Positions 26,798-35,962 of a stretch of DNA of 48,734 nucleotides are shown in pieces. A program made the translations under genes and the position numbers. This DNA comes from Chloroflexota bacterium (GTDB lineage: Bacteria; Chloroflexota; Dehalococcoidia; Bin125). How positions within the stretch are numbered: the first letter of the stretch is position 1; each line of letters begins with the position of its first letter. Location: contig JAPOXB010000075.1 in NCBI GenBank assembly GCA_026707335.1, forward strand, positions 1 to 48,734, given 5' to 3'. The notes under the pieces are model-generated. The model was not told where the DNA came from. It did not search any database and saw only the letters and a list, made by a program, of their open reading frames with translations.

Positions 26798-28054
26798 CTA
26801 CACCACCTCCGGCGCGACGACGCGCACGAAGACCTCGTTGGCGAGGCGACGGCCGCGGCGGGTGAGCCGCAGGCGGCCGTTCGACCGCTCGAGCAGCCCC
26901 GACTCCTCCCCCCAGCGCAGGCCCGGCTCGACGACCCCCCACGCCGCCCCGTGGCGCGACCGCAGCGCCGCCTCGTCGATGCCGGCGTTGAGGCGGAGGC
27001 CCAGCACGGCGGCATCGACGGCCGCCGTGGCCGGGTCGACCGACTCCTCCGAGACGACCGCCGCGCGCGCGCCGGCGCCGCCCGCCGCCAGCGCCGCGAC
27101 GTAGCGCGCCGGGCTGCGCTCGACGGCGTAGCGCACGCCGCCGACGAAGCCATGCGCGCCCGGCCCCACGCCCACGTAGTCGCCCTGCCGCCAGTAGACC
27201 AAGTTGTGCCGGCAGGCCCGATCGCGCCCCGCCGTGTCGGCCCGCGCCCAGTTGCTGATTTCGTACTGCCGGTAGCCCAGCGCCGCGAGCCGCTCCTCCG
27301 TCCACTCCGACATCTCCGCCACCACGTCCGGGTCGGCCTCGGTCACCCGCCCCTCGGCGACGCGCTGCGCCAGCGGCGTCCCCTCCTCGACGGTCAGGCC
27401 GTAGCACGACAGGTGGTCGGGGCCCCAAGCCGCGACGCCCTCCAGGCTGCGCCGCCACGACTCGGGCGACTGCCCCGGCAGGCCGAAGATGAGGTCGCAG
27501 TTGATATTGTCGAAGCCCGCCGCCCGCGCCGCGGCGAAGGCGTCGTGCGCCCGCTCCGCGTCGTGCAGGCGGTCGAGGAAGCGCAACTCGCCGGGGTCGA
27601 GCGACTGCACGCCTATCGAGAGCCGGTTCACGCCAGCCGCCCGGTAGGCCGTCAGCCGCTCCGCTCGCACCGACTCCGGATTCGCCTCCAGCGTGATCTC
27701 CGCATCGTCGTCGAGCGCGTAGCCGGCGCGGACGGCGTCGAGGATGCGCCCGATCGACGCCCCCTCCAGCAGGCTGGGCGTCCCCCCGCCGATGAACACC
27801 GTCGGCACGGGCCGCCCGGCGACGGCCGCCGACCAGCCGCGAAGTTCCGTCAGCAGCGCCGACTCCCAGGCCGGGATCGCCTCCTCCATCCCCGCGTACG
27901 AGTTGAAGTCGCAGTAGGCGCACTTCACGGTGCAGAACGGCACGTGCACGTACACGCTGACCGGGGCCGGGGACGGCGTCGGGTCGGAAGGGGCGTTCAC
28001 ACTCGAAGTGTATCCGCGACGCGGCGGCCCGCGTTGATCGCGATCGGGCCGCAT
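26798..28054 (-). CDS. hemW: Radical SAM HemW/HemN-like protein (heme chaperone / oxygen-independent coproporphyrinogen oxidase-like)
   Basis: VYVHVPFCTVKCAYCDFNS is the CxxxCxxC radical-SAM motif, and the protein has HemN-family length. The start is uncertain (ATG 28054, GTG 28000, or an internal GTG). The track ORF start at 28267 overlaps aspS and is rejected. Confidence 0.85.
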   Translation of the reverse strand: MRPDRDQRGPPRRGYTSSVNAPSDPTPSPAPVSVYVHVPFCTVKCAYCDFNSYAGMEEAIPAWESALLTELRGWSAAVAGRPVPTVFIGGGTPSLLEGASIGRILDAVRAGYALDDDAEITLEANPESVRAERLTAYRAAGVNRLSIGVQSLDPGELRFLDRLHDAERAHDAFAAARAAGFDNINCDLIFGLPGQSPESWRRSLEGVAAWGPDHLSCYGLTVEEGTPLAQRVAEGRVTEADPDVVAEMSEWTEERLAALGYRQYEISNWARADTAGRDRACRHNLVYWRQGDYVGVGPGAHGFVGGVRYAVERSPARYVAALAAGGAGARAAVVSEESVDPATAAVDAAVLGLRLNAGIDEAALRSRHGAAWGVVEPGLRWGEESGLLERSNGRLRLTRRGRRLANEVFVRVVAPEVV

Positions 28055-28114
28055 GGCACAGTGGCCCGGCGTCGCGGATCGGCCGCGACCGCCGAGTAAC
28101 AGATGAGGTGGGGC

Positions 28115-29908
28115 GTGCTCAAGACGCACAACTGCGGGGACCTGCGCGTGCGGCACGTCGGCGAGGAGGTCACGCTGGCCGGCTGGGTGCACCGCCGGCG
28201 CGACCACGGCGGGGTCACCTTCATCGACCTGCGCGACCGCAGCGGCGTGGTGCAGATCGTCTTCCACGCTGGCGTTGACTCAGATGCCTCGTTGACCGCG
28301 CTGCCCGGCGTGCGCAACGAGTACGTCCTGCGCGTGAGCGGCGAGGTCGTCGAGCGCGCCGAGGAGACGAAGAACCCCAACCTCGGCACCGGCGACGTCG
28401 AGGTCCAGGCCGCGACGCTGGAGGTCCTCAACGAGGCCAAGACGCCTCCCTTCGCCATCGTCGACGACGTCGAGGTCGATGAGATGCTGCGGCTCCAGTA
28501 CCGCTACGTCGACCTGCGGCGCCCGGTCATGCAGCGCGCCATCGAGATGCGCCACGGCACGAACCAGTACATCCGCAACTTCATGACCGGCCGCGGCTTC
28601 AGCGAGGTCGAGACGCCGATCATGGTCGCGGCCACGCCCGAAGGCGCGCGCGACTACCTGGTGCCCAGCCGCCTACGCCCGGGCGCCTTCTACGCGCTGC
28701 CCCAGTCGCCGCAGCAGCTCAAGCAGCTGCTGATGGTCGGCGGGCTGGAGCGCTACTTCCAGATCGCGCGCTGCTTCCGCGACGAGGACTTCCGCGCCGA
28801 CCGCCAAGCCGAGTTCACCCAGCTCGACATCGAGGTCTCCTTCGTCGAGGAGGACGACATCCTCTCGATGCTGGAGGAACTCTTCCACGGCCTCAGTCGC
28901 GCGCTGCGCACCGACCTGCACGTGCCGACGCCCTTCCCCCGCCTGACCTACGCCGACGTCATGGAGCGCTTCGGCAGCGACAAGCCCGACCTCCGCTACG
29001 ACCTCGAACTGTCCGATTGCTCCGACCTCGTCCGCGAGAGCGGCTTCGGCGTCTTCCGCGGCGCCGTCGAGGCGGGCGGGCGCGTGCGCGCCGTCGTCAT
29101 GCCGGGCGGTGCGTCGCTCTCGCGCAAGCAGGTCGACGAGTTCACCGAGCTGGCCAAGACGATGGGCGCCAAGGGGCTCGTCTCCATCCAGTTCACCGCG
29201 CCGCCGGCGGATGCGACCGAGGACGACGTGCGGTCCCCGGTTCTGCGCCACATCGGCATCGAGACCGCCCGCGCCATCGGCGTGCGCTGCGAGGCGAAAT
29301 CGGGCGACCTCGTGCTCATCGCCGCCGGGCCGGACGGCGTCGTCAACACCGTGCTCGACGGCTTGCGCCGCGACATCGCCCGCCGCCTCGACCTGGCCGA
29401 CCCCGACGTCCTGCAGTTCGCCTTCATCACCGACTTCCCGATGTTCGAGTGGGATGCCGACGGTCGTCGCTGGGACGCCCTGCACCACCCCTTCACCGCC
29501 CCCAACGCCGCCGACCTGCCCCTGCTCGACAGCGACCCAGCCCGCGCCCGCGCCCGCGCCTACGACCTCATCGCCAGCGGCTACGAGCTGGGCTCGGGCT
29601 CCATCCGCATCCACCAGCGCGCCCTGCAGTCGCGCGTCTTCGACCTGCTGGGCATCGGCCCGGAGGAGCAGGAGGCCCGTTTCGGCCACATGCTGCGCGC
29701 CTTCGAGTACGGCGCGCCGCCGCACGGGGGCTTCGCCGTCGGGCTGGACCGGGTCGTGATGCTGCTGATGGGCGTCGAGAACATCCGCGAGGTCATCGCG
29801 TTTCCGAAGACCCAGTCGGCCACCGACCCGCTCACAGGGGCGCCCTCGCCCGTGACCGCGGAGCAACTCGACGAGTTGGGCATCCGTTTGGCCGTCCCGC
29901 CGTCGTGA
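28115..29908 (+). CDS. aspS: Aspartate--tRNA ligase
   Basis: (M)LKTHNCGDLRVRHVGEEVTLAGWVHRRRDHGGVTFIDLRDRSG..., plus class II motifs (FRDEDFRADRQ, GSGSIRIH, GLDR). The GTG at 28115 has a GAGGTGG SD. The alternative ATG is at 28103. Confidence 0.95.
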   Translation: MLKTHNCGDLRVRHVGEEVTLAGWVHRRRDHGGVTFIDLRDRSGVVQIVFHAGVDSDASLTALPGVRNEYVLRVSGEVVERAEETKNPNLGTGDVEVQAATLEVLNEAKTPPFAIVDDVEVDEMLRLQYRYVDLRRPVMQRAIEMRHGTNQYIRNFMTGRGFSEVETPIMVAATPEGARDYLVPSRLRPGAFYALPQSPQQLKQLLMVGGLERYFQIARCFRDEDFRADRQAEFTQLDIEVSFVEEDDILSMLEELFHGLSRALRTDLHVPTPFPRLTYADVMERFGSDKPDLRYDLELSDCSDLVRESGFGVFRGAVEAGGRVRAVVMPGGASLSRKQVDEFTELAKTMGAKGLVSIQFTAPPADATEDDVRSPVLRHIGIETARAIGVRCEAKSGDLVLIAAGPDGVVNTVLDGLRRDIARRLDLADPDVLQFAFITDFPMFEWDADGRRWDALHHPFTAPNAADLPLLDSDPARARARAYDLIASGYELGSGSIRIHQRALQSRVFDLLGIGPEEQEARFGHMLRAFEYGAPPHGGFAVGLDRVVMLLMGVENIREVIAFPKTQSATDPLTGAPSPVTAEQLDELGIRLAVPPS

Positions 29909-29942
29909 TGGCCGGCGTGGCGCGTCCGAGTTAGCCACCCGC

Positions 29943-31676
29943 TTACTCCGGGACCTCGCCCAGGCGCGCGGACGCGGCGATGTAGTCGAAGACGTCCGAG
30001 ATCGTGACTGACGTGATGTCTTCGGCCGGAGCGACCTCGCGATACCATTCCTCGCCGTCGTGCATACCGAGACAAAGTTCCGACTCTTCTGCCACGTCAG
30101 TGAGGCAGATGGAGACCCCGGCGTGGTCCAGGATGAGCGACTCCCATTTCACCTGATGTTCGCTCGTCGGGATGTCGAGGATGAGAGGTGGCAGCCGTGG
30201 ATCGATCGCGAAGGAATACGTGCCCGGGCGGAGCGGTGGGCCGCCCAGGAATGTATACGCGAGTGCGGCCACTGGAGGCGGCGTCACGACGCGGAACGTG
30301 GTCCTGGCTACCACATGCCCCTCTGCCGGTCGCGGTCCCGTTCGCATCGCCCGCAGGTCGAACGTGATCACGTCGGCGGCGCCCTCGAATGGGATGGGCG
30401 TGAACGTGTAGGTGGTCCGGGCGGGCGCGACCGCCCGGTCGCCCGAGGTGGGCGCCGGCCCGGCCACCGGCCGCCGCTCCAGCGCGAACTCCGTGAAGCC
30501 CGCTGGGAGCGACGCCGTCGTGACCACCGTCACCTGCTGCCCGCGGCGCACGTGGTATCGCCCCTGGTCGTCCGGCTCGATGATCGCCGCGTCTAGGATG
30601 TCGGCCACGTCGGCGTAGTCCTCCGGCGCGCCCCGGTAGACCGCCTGGATGCAGCGTGAGTCGGCGGGGCCGGCGACGGCCGTGCCGTCCGCGCAGCGGA
30701 TGGGCGGGGGCGGAGGACAGTCCGGGAGGGGGACACGGCCCAAGTCGTTCCCGCGGATGCGCCGGAGGGGCGCCGGGACGCAGCCGGTCAGGCCGGGGTT
30801 GCGACCGAGCTCCAGGTACGCCAGCTCCTTCAGTTCCGCAAGCCGCGGTGGGATCGGGCCGCTGAGGTCGTTGCCGCGCAGATAGAGCGTGGTCAGGGCG
30901 GGCGGGAAACCGAGTTCGGTCGGGATCGCGCCGCTGAGTTGGTTGTGGGACAGGGCCAGGTTCCGCAGCGCGAACAGCGCGCCCAAGTCGGCCGGGATCG
31001 GACCGGTCAGCGCGTTGCTCTGCAGCCACAGTGATCGCAGTCCCGGCAGGAATCTCAGGGAGGCGGGGATCGGGCCGCTGAGTTGGTTGTTGCTCAGGGC
31101 CAGGGAGCGCAGGTCGCGCAGCGATCCCAACGCCGGGGGGATGGGACCGGTCAGCCGGTTCTGGTGCAGCCAGAGGTACCGCAGGCCACGCAGATCCCCC
31201 AGCGCGGCGGGGATCGGGCCCGTCAACTTGTTGAAGGACAGGTCGAGGCGCCAGAGCGTGTCCAGGCCGGCCAGTTCCGGCGGGATGCGGCCCGTGAGAC
31301 CTCGGCGTGACAGGTCGATCTCTCGCACGCGCGCCGGCTCGCCGGCGACGCTGACGCCGTCCCAGGCCCTGATAGGGATGCCGGCGTCCCAGTTGAGGAT
31401 GGTCCCGCCGGCCAGGGTGGCTTTGACGCCGAGCAGGACATCGCAGTCGAAGACGAGGTGCCAGTCGGCAAACGGGTCGCGCACGGCGGCGCCGTTCTCG
31501 CAGGTTCGGTCCGCGGCCTCGGCCGGCCCGCCGCCCGCCAGGACGCCGGTGCCCACCAGCACCGCGATCACTGCCGCGACGAGTCGCACCGGCACGGATC
31601 CCCCCATCCGGCTGTCGCCGCCCCCCGGCAGCCTACCCCCCAATCCGACCGCGCGGCGCGGCCGTATCTTCCGCAT
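29943..31676 (-). CDS. Secreted single-module plant-type LRR protein (7 repeats) fused to a C-terminal domain of about 240 aa with unknown function
   Basis: The N-cap is DRTCENGAAVRDP..FDCDVLLGVKATLAGGTILNWDAGIPIRAWDGVSV, followed by LRRs and the C-cap GRNPGLTGCVP..LPDCPPPPP. The non-LRR tail then runs to the stop. An alternative start is the ATG at 31607 (MGGSVPVRLVAAVIAVLVG). Confidence 0.8.
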   Translation of the reverse strand: MRKIRPRRAVGLGGRLPGGGDSRMGGSVPVRLVAAVIAVLVGTGVLAGGGPAEAADRTCENGAAVRDPFADWHLVFDCDVLLGVKATLAGGTILNWDAGIPIRAWDGVSVAGEPARVREIDLSRRGLTGRIPPELAGLDTLWRLDLSFNKLTGPIPAALGDLRGLRYLWLHQNRLTGPIPPALGSLRDLRSLALSNNQLSGPIPASLRFLPGLRSLWLQSNALTGPIPADLGALFALRNLALSHNQLSGAIPTELGFPPALTTLYLRGNDLSGPIPPRLAELKELAYLELGRNPGLTGCVPAPLRRIRGNDLGRVPLPDCPPPPPIRCADGTAVAGPADSRCIQAVYRGAPEDYADVADILDAAIIEPDDQGRYHVRRGQQVTVVTTASLPAGFTEFALERRPVAGPAPTSGDRAVAPARTTYTFTPIPFEGAADVITFDLRAMRTGPRPAEGHVVARTTFRVVTPPPVAALAYTFLGGPPLRPGTYSFAIDPRLPPLILDIPTSEHQVKWESLILDHAGVSICLTDVAEESELCLGMHDGEEWYREVAPAEDITSVTISDVFDYIAASARLGEVPE

Positions 31677-31740
31677 GAGTGCCCGCCCGGACGGCGATCA
31701 CTTCTCCCAGTCGAGCCAATCCCTATCGAGACGGATGCGG

Positions 31741-31749
31741 TGATAACCT
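31741..31749 (+). promoter_or_regulatory. Extended -10 candidate (TGaTAACCT) for the ABC operon
   Basis: TGATAACCT lies 45 nt upstream of the ATG at 31794. A GAGGA SD lies 4 nt before the start. Confidence 0.3.
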
Positions 31750-31793
31750 GCCCCGGACGGAGGCGGACGGGGCCTGCGAGTGAATGAGGATCG

Positions 31794-33599
31794 ATGAACC
31801 GCGTGCTGACCACTCCCACCATCTTCACGACCCAGACCACGCTGGCCCTCGCGCGCTGGGCCGTGGTGCTGCTGCTGATCGCCGGCGCGGGGATCGCGCT
31901 GGCGGCCTGCGGCGGCGATGACGCCAGCGACGACAGCGCCGCCCGCGCCACGTCGGCCACGCGCGGCGAGCGCGAGGGGACCGCCGCCGACGCCCAGGCC
32001 GGCGCACAGTCCGATCAGGCGGCGCAGGGCCAGAGCCAGGCGCAAGCCCAGGCCCAGGCCGAGGAGCGGCCCACGCCGGTCGCGGCGGGCCCGTCCGGCA
32101 ACGACCTGCGCCTCGCCTTTTCCTCGCCCCTCACCCTCGACCCCGCCCTCACGACCACCGTCTCCTCGGCCCGCTTCGTGGTCGAGATCTTCGGCGGGCT
32201 GCTCAGCCTCAGCCCCGACTTGCAGTTGATCCCCGACCTCGCCGAGGCGCTGCCCGAGCTCACCCAGAACGACGACGGCACCGTCACCTACACGTTCCAC
32301 CTGCGCCGCGACGCGCTCTTCCACAACGGCCGCCGCGTCCGGGCCGACGACGTCAAGTGGAGCATCGAGCGCCACGCCAACCCGGAGACCTTCTCCCCCG
32401 TCGCGCCCGATTTCCTGGGCGACATCATCGGCGCCGTGGACTACATGCGCGGCCGGGCCGACGAGATCAGCGGCATCGAGGTGGTCGACGACAACACGAT
32501 CCAGATCACCATCGACTCACCGAAGCCCTACTTCCTCTTCAAGCTCACCTACCCAACGTCCTTCGTGGTCGATCGCCAGCAGGTCGAGAACGACCCGCGC
32601 AACTGGGCCTCGCGGCCCAACGGCACGGGCCCCTTCCAGTTGGCCGAGTGGAACCTGGGCGAGGGCCTCGTGCTGGAGCGCTGGGACCGCTACCACCTCG
32701 AGCCGGCGCTGGTCGACCGCGTGCTCGTGCGCTTCGCCGGCGGCGGCCTGACGCAGTACGAGAACAATGAGGTGGACATCGCCGACATCGGCACGAACGA
32801 CATCGAGCGCGCCCGCGACCCCAACTCCGACCTGAACGCGGAGTTCGTCAGCCGCGACGAGCTCTCCATCTTCTACATCGGCTTCAACACCCAGCAGCCG
32901 CCCTTCGACGACCGCGACGTGCGCCGCGCCCTGGCCATGGCGATCGACAAGCAGACCATCTCGGAGGTGGTGCTGCAGTCCATCGTCCCGGCGGCGCACG
33001 GCATCATCCCGCCCGGCCTGGCCGCCTTCGACCCCGACTTCGGCGGCATCCCCTTCGACCCGGAGCTGGCCAAGGAGTTGCTCGACAACTCGTCCTACGC
33101 GGGCACGGCCTTCCTGGAGAACATCCGCGTCACCGTACCCGGGGCGGGCGCCACGCCGGGCAACGTCATCGTCGCCATCCAGGACATGTGGAGCACCAAC
33201 CTGGGCTTGCAGGTGGAGATCCAGCAGGTCGAGGCGGCCAACTTCTTCTCCGAGCTCGACCAGGGCCTCTACCAGGCCTTCAGCCTGGGCTGGATCCTCG
33301 ACTACCCGGATCCGGAGAACCTCGTCGACCTGCTCTTCCACTCCGCCTCGCTGCAGAACAACCCCGCCTACCAGAGCGACGAGCTGGACGCCCTGGTCGA
33401 GGCGGCGCGGGTCGAACTCGACCCCGACCGGCGCATCGAGCTGTACCGCGAGGCCGAGCGCGTCATCGTCGAGGACGCGCCCTGGGTGCCGCTGTTCTTC
33501 GGCACCACCAACCAGGTCATCAAGCCGTATGTGTCCGGCTACGTGCCGCCACGCTCGATCATCCCGCACCTGCGCTACATCGGGCTGAACATGCGGTAG
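31794..33599 (+). CDS. ABC transporter substrate-binding lipoprotein, family 5 (peptide/nickel, DppA/OppA-like)
   Basis: It has the lipobox LAAC followed by a low-complexity linker (QAQAQAQAE). Then comes an SBP_bac_5-type body (..LRLAFSSPLTLDPA..FHNGRRVRADDVKWSIER..). Confidence 0.9.
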   Translation: MNRVLTTPTIFTTQTTLALARWAVVLLLIAGAGIALAACGGDDASDDSAARATSATRGEREGTAADAQAGAQSDQAAQGQSQAQAQAQAEERPTPVAAGPSGNDLRLAFSSPLTLDPALTTTVSSARFVVEIFGGLLSLSPDLQLIPDLAEALPELTQNDDGTVTYTFHLRRDALFHNGRRVRADDVKWSIERHANPETFSPVAPDFLGDIIGAVDYMRGRADEISGIEVVDDNTIQITIDSPKPYFLFKLTYPTSFVVDRQQVENDPRNWASRPNGTGPFQLAEWNLGEGLVLERWDRYHLEPALVDRVLVRFAGGGLTQYENNEVDIADIGTNDIERARDPNSDLNAEFVSRDELSIFYIGFNTQQPPFDDRDVRRALAMAIDKQTISEVVLQSIVPAAHGIIPPGLAAFDPDFGGIPFDPELAKELLDNSSYAGTAFLENIRVTVPGAGATPGNVIVAIQDMWSTNLGLQVEIQQVEAANFFSELDQGLYQAFSLGWILDYPDPENLVDLLFHSASLQNNPAYQSDELDALVEAARVELDPDRRIELYREAERVIVEDAPWVPLFFGTTNQVIKPYVSGYVPPRSIIPHLRYIGLNMR

Positions 33600-33702
33600 A
33601 TATGCGGTAGCGCCGGAGCGCGGCGGGCGCACGGCGCGCCCGCCGCGGGGGCCCAGCAGCGGAATGTGGCGGCACGAGCCCGCGGCCGGAGGGTGACGGC
33701 GC

Positions 33703-34686
33703 ATGAGTTCCAGCCTCTGGATCTTCATCGCGCGCCGCGTCGCCATCGCGCCGATCACCCTCTTCGCGGTGCTACTCGTCACCTTCGCCCTCACGCAGGT
33801 GGCGCCCGGCGACCCCGTCCGCATCATCACCGGCCAGCGCACGCCCGACCCCGAGCGCGCCGAGCTGATCCGCGAGGAGTTCGGGCTCAAGGGATCCTTC
33901 CCGGAGCGCTTCGGCAACTACGTGGTCGGCTTCGTCCAGGGCGACCTCGGCCTGTCGTACTTCAACCGCAGCCCCCAGCGCACCGTGCAGGAGTTGCTGG
34001 GCGAGCGCATCTGGGTCTCCGCCCAACTGGGGCTCATCTCGCTGGCGCTGACCTACCTGCTGGGCATCCCGCTGGGTGTCTACGCCGCCCTGCACCGGGG
34101 CGACTGGAAGGACCCCGGCTTGATCGGTGGGCTGATGGTGTTCAACGCCGTCCCCTCGCTGGTCTTCCTGCCCCTCTTCGCCTGGCTGCTCGTCTTCCAA
34201 CTCGACGCCTTCTTCCAGTTCTTCGGCTTCGACATTCCCGCCGTCTGGGTGCCCGGCGACCCGGCCTCGTATCTGATCCCGGTGGTCGTGCTCACCCTGC
34301 CCGGCCTGGCGGGCATGGCCCGCTTCGTGCGCGTCAGCGTGCTCACCGTGATCGATGAGGACTACGTGCGCACCGCCCGCGCCAAGGGGCTGGGGCAGCG
34401 CGCCGTCGTCTACCGGCACGTGCTGCGCAACGCGCTGCTGCCCCTCTCGACCGTGATGGGGCTGAGCATCGTGGGCGTCGTCGGCGGCGCGATCATCGTC
34501 GAGACGCTCTACGGCGTGCCGGGCATCGGCGCCTTCATCTTCCAATCGGTGCTGCAGCGCGACTTCAACGTGCTGCTCGGCTTCACGATGCTCGTCGCGA
34601 CGCTGCTGGTCGTCTCCAACCTGATCGTCGACATCTGCTACGTCTTCATCGACCCCCGCATTCGCTACACCCGGCGCGCCGTATGA
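33703..34686 (+). CDS. ABC transporter permease (DppB/OppB-like)
   Basis: The N-terminus is IARRVAIAPITLFAVLLVTFALTQVAPGDP. The EAA-like loop is YVRTARAKGLGQRAVVYRHVLRNAL. Confidence 0.9.
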   Translation: MSSSLWIFIARRVAIAPITLFAVLLVTFALTQVAPGDPVRIITGQRTPDPERAELIREEFGLKGSFPERFGNYVVGFVQGDLGLSYFNRSPQRTVQELLGERIWVSAQLGLISLALTYLLGIPLGVYAALHRGDWKDPGLIGGLMVFNAVPSLVFLPLFAWLLVFQLDAFFQFFGFDIPAVWVPGDPASYLIPVVVLTLPGLAGMARFVRVSVLTVIDEDYVRTARAKGLGQRAVVYRHVLRNALLPLSTVMGLSIVGVVGGAIIVETLYGVPGIGAFIFQSVLQRDFNVLLGFTMLVATLLVVSNLIVDICYVFIDPRIRYTRRAV

Positions 34687-35855
34687 GCAGCCGCGAGATG
34701 ACTCCCCGCCCGCGCTCCGTCGCCGCGCCGAGTTTCGACCCGGGCGCCGGCGAGTCGCCCTGGCGGCGGGCCCTGCGCTCGCTGTTCAAGAAGCGCGTCG
34801 CCGTGCTGGCCCTGCTGGCCATCACGATCATCTACGGGGCGGGGGCCTACACCTTCCTCGACGCGTTCGGCATCCCCACCGGCCTGCAGGACCCCACGAA
34901 GACCAATCTCACCCTGCGCCGCCCCATCCGCGAGGGAGAGCTGCTGGGCGACTTCGTCGCGCGCCACGGCGTCTCCGTCGAGACCGTCGCCCAATTGAAC
35001 CCGGAGGTCGTCGACGAGTTCGGCCCCCTCACCGAGGCGACCACTCTCCGCGCCGGCACCCAGCTCGTGCTCCAGCTCGACGCCGCCCTGCAGGCCCCCT
35101 CGTCCGAGCACTGGTTCGGGACCGACCGCACTGGCCGCGACCTCTTCAGTCAGACGCTCTTCTCCGCCCGCACGACGATCGTGATGACGATCATCGTGTT
35201 CTTCCTGGGCAGCCTCTTCCTGGGCCTCGGCCTGGGCCTGCTGGCCGGCTACGCGGCGGGCTGGATCGACCAAGTGATCATGCGCATCGGCGACGTGATT
35301 CTGGGCATCCCCGGCCTGCTCGTGCTGATCGTCGTCAGTTCGGCCTTCCGCGAACGCTGGACGGACGCCTTCACCGACATCGACACCTTCCTCGGTGGCA
35401 GCTTCTTCATCGACCAGGGCATCGACCACATCACGCTGCTCGTCGTCGCGCTCACCTTCTTCGGCTGGGTCGATACGGCCCGCTTCGTGCGCGCCCAGAC
35501 GCTGTCCCTGCGCGAGGCCGACTTCATCCTGGCCGCCGAGTCGATCGGCGCGCGCACGCCGCGCATCCTCGTCCGCCACCTCTTCCCCGGCATCCTGCCC
35601 TGGATCATCGTGGGGCTCTCGGCCACCTTCGCGGGCGTGGCCGGGGCGGAGGTCGTACTGACCTTCCTCGGCATCGGCATCCAGCCGCCCACGGCATCCT
35701 TCGGTGCGATGATCGCCGACGCCGGCGGCATCCGCACCTTCAACCTGCACCCGCACCTGCTGCTCGTGCCCGGCGTGACCGTGGCCATCATCATCTTCGC
35801 CTTCAACCTGCTCGGCGACGCCGTCAACGACGTCGTCAACCCGCGCGGGCGCTGA
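34683..35855 (+). CDS. ABC transporter permease (DppC/OppC-like) with an extended first periplasmic loop
   Basis: The ATG overlaps the upstream stop (ATGA). The conserved segments are HWFGTDRTGRDLFSQ and FILAAESIGARTPRILVRHLFP. Confidence 0.9.
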   Translation: MSSREMTPRPRSVAAPSFDPGAGESPWRRALRSLFKKRVAVLALLAITIIYGAGAYTFLDAFGIPTGLQDPTKTNLTLRRPIREGELLGDFVARHGVSVETVAQLNPEVVDEFGPLTEATTLRAGTQLVLQLDAALQAPSSEHWFGTDRTGRDLFSQTLFSARTTIVMTIIVFFLGSLFLGLGLGLLAGYAAGWIDQVIMRIGDVILGIPGLLVLIVVSSAFRERWTDAFTDIDTFLGGSFFIDQGIDHITLLVVALTFFGWVDTARFVRAQTLSLREADFILAAESIGARTPRILVRHLFPGILPWIIVGLSATFAGVAGAEVVLTFLGIGIQPPTASFGAMIADAGGIRTFNLHPHLLLVPGVTVAIIIFAFNLLGDAVNDVVNPRGR

Positions 35856-35962
35856 CCTTCGGCCTACCGCCGCGCTTTCGGGGCCCGGCCCCGGGCCGTT
35901 GATATACTGGCCGCCACAACCGTCCGAACAGCGCAAGTCGCGCAACGCAAGTCCAAGGCCGC

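Noticed and set aside
35880-35910. TATACT (35903-35908) considered as a tig promoter.
   Set aside because: A -10-like hexamer is present, but no acceptable -35 lies at 16-19 bp spacing. I kept it out of the feature list as too weak.
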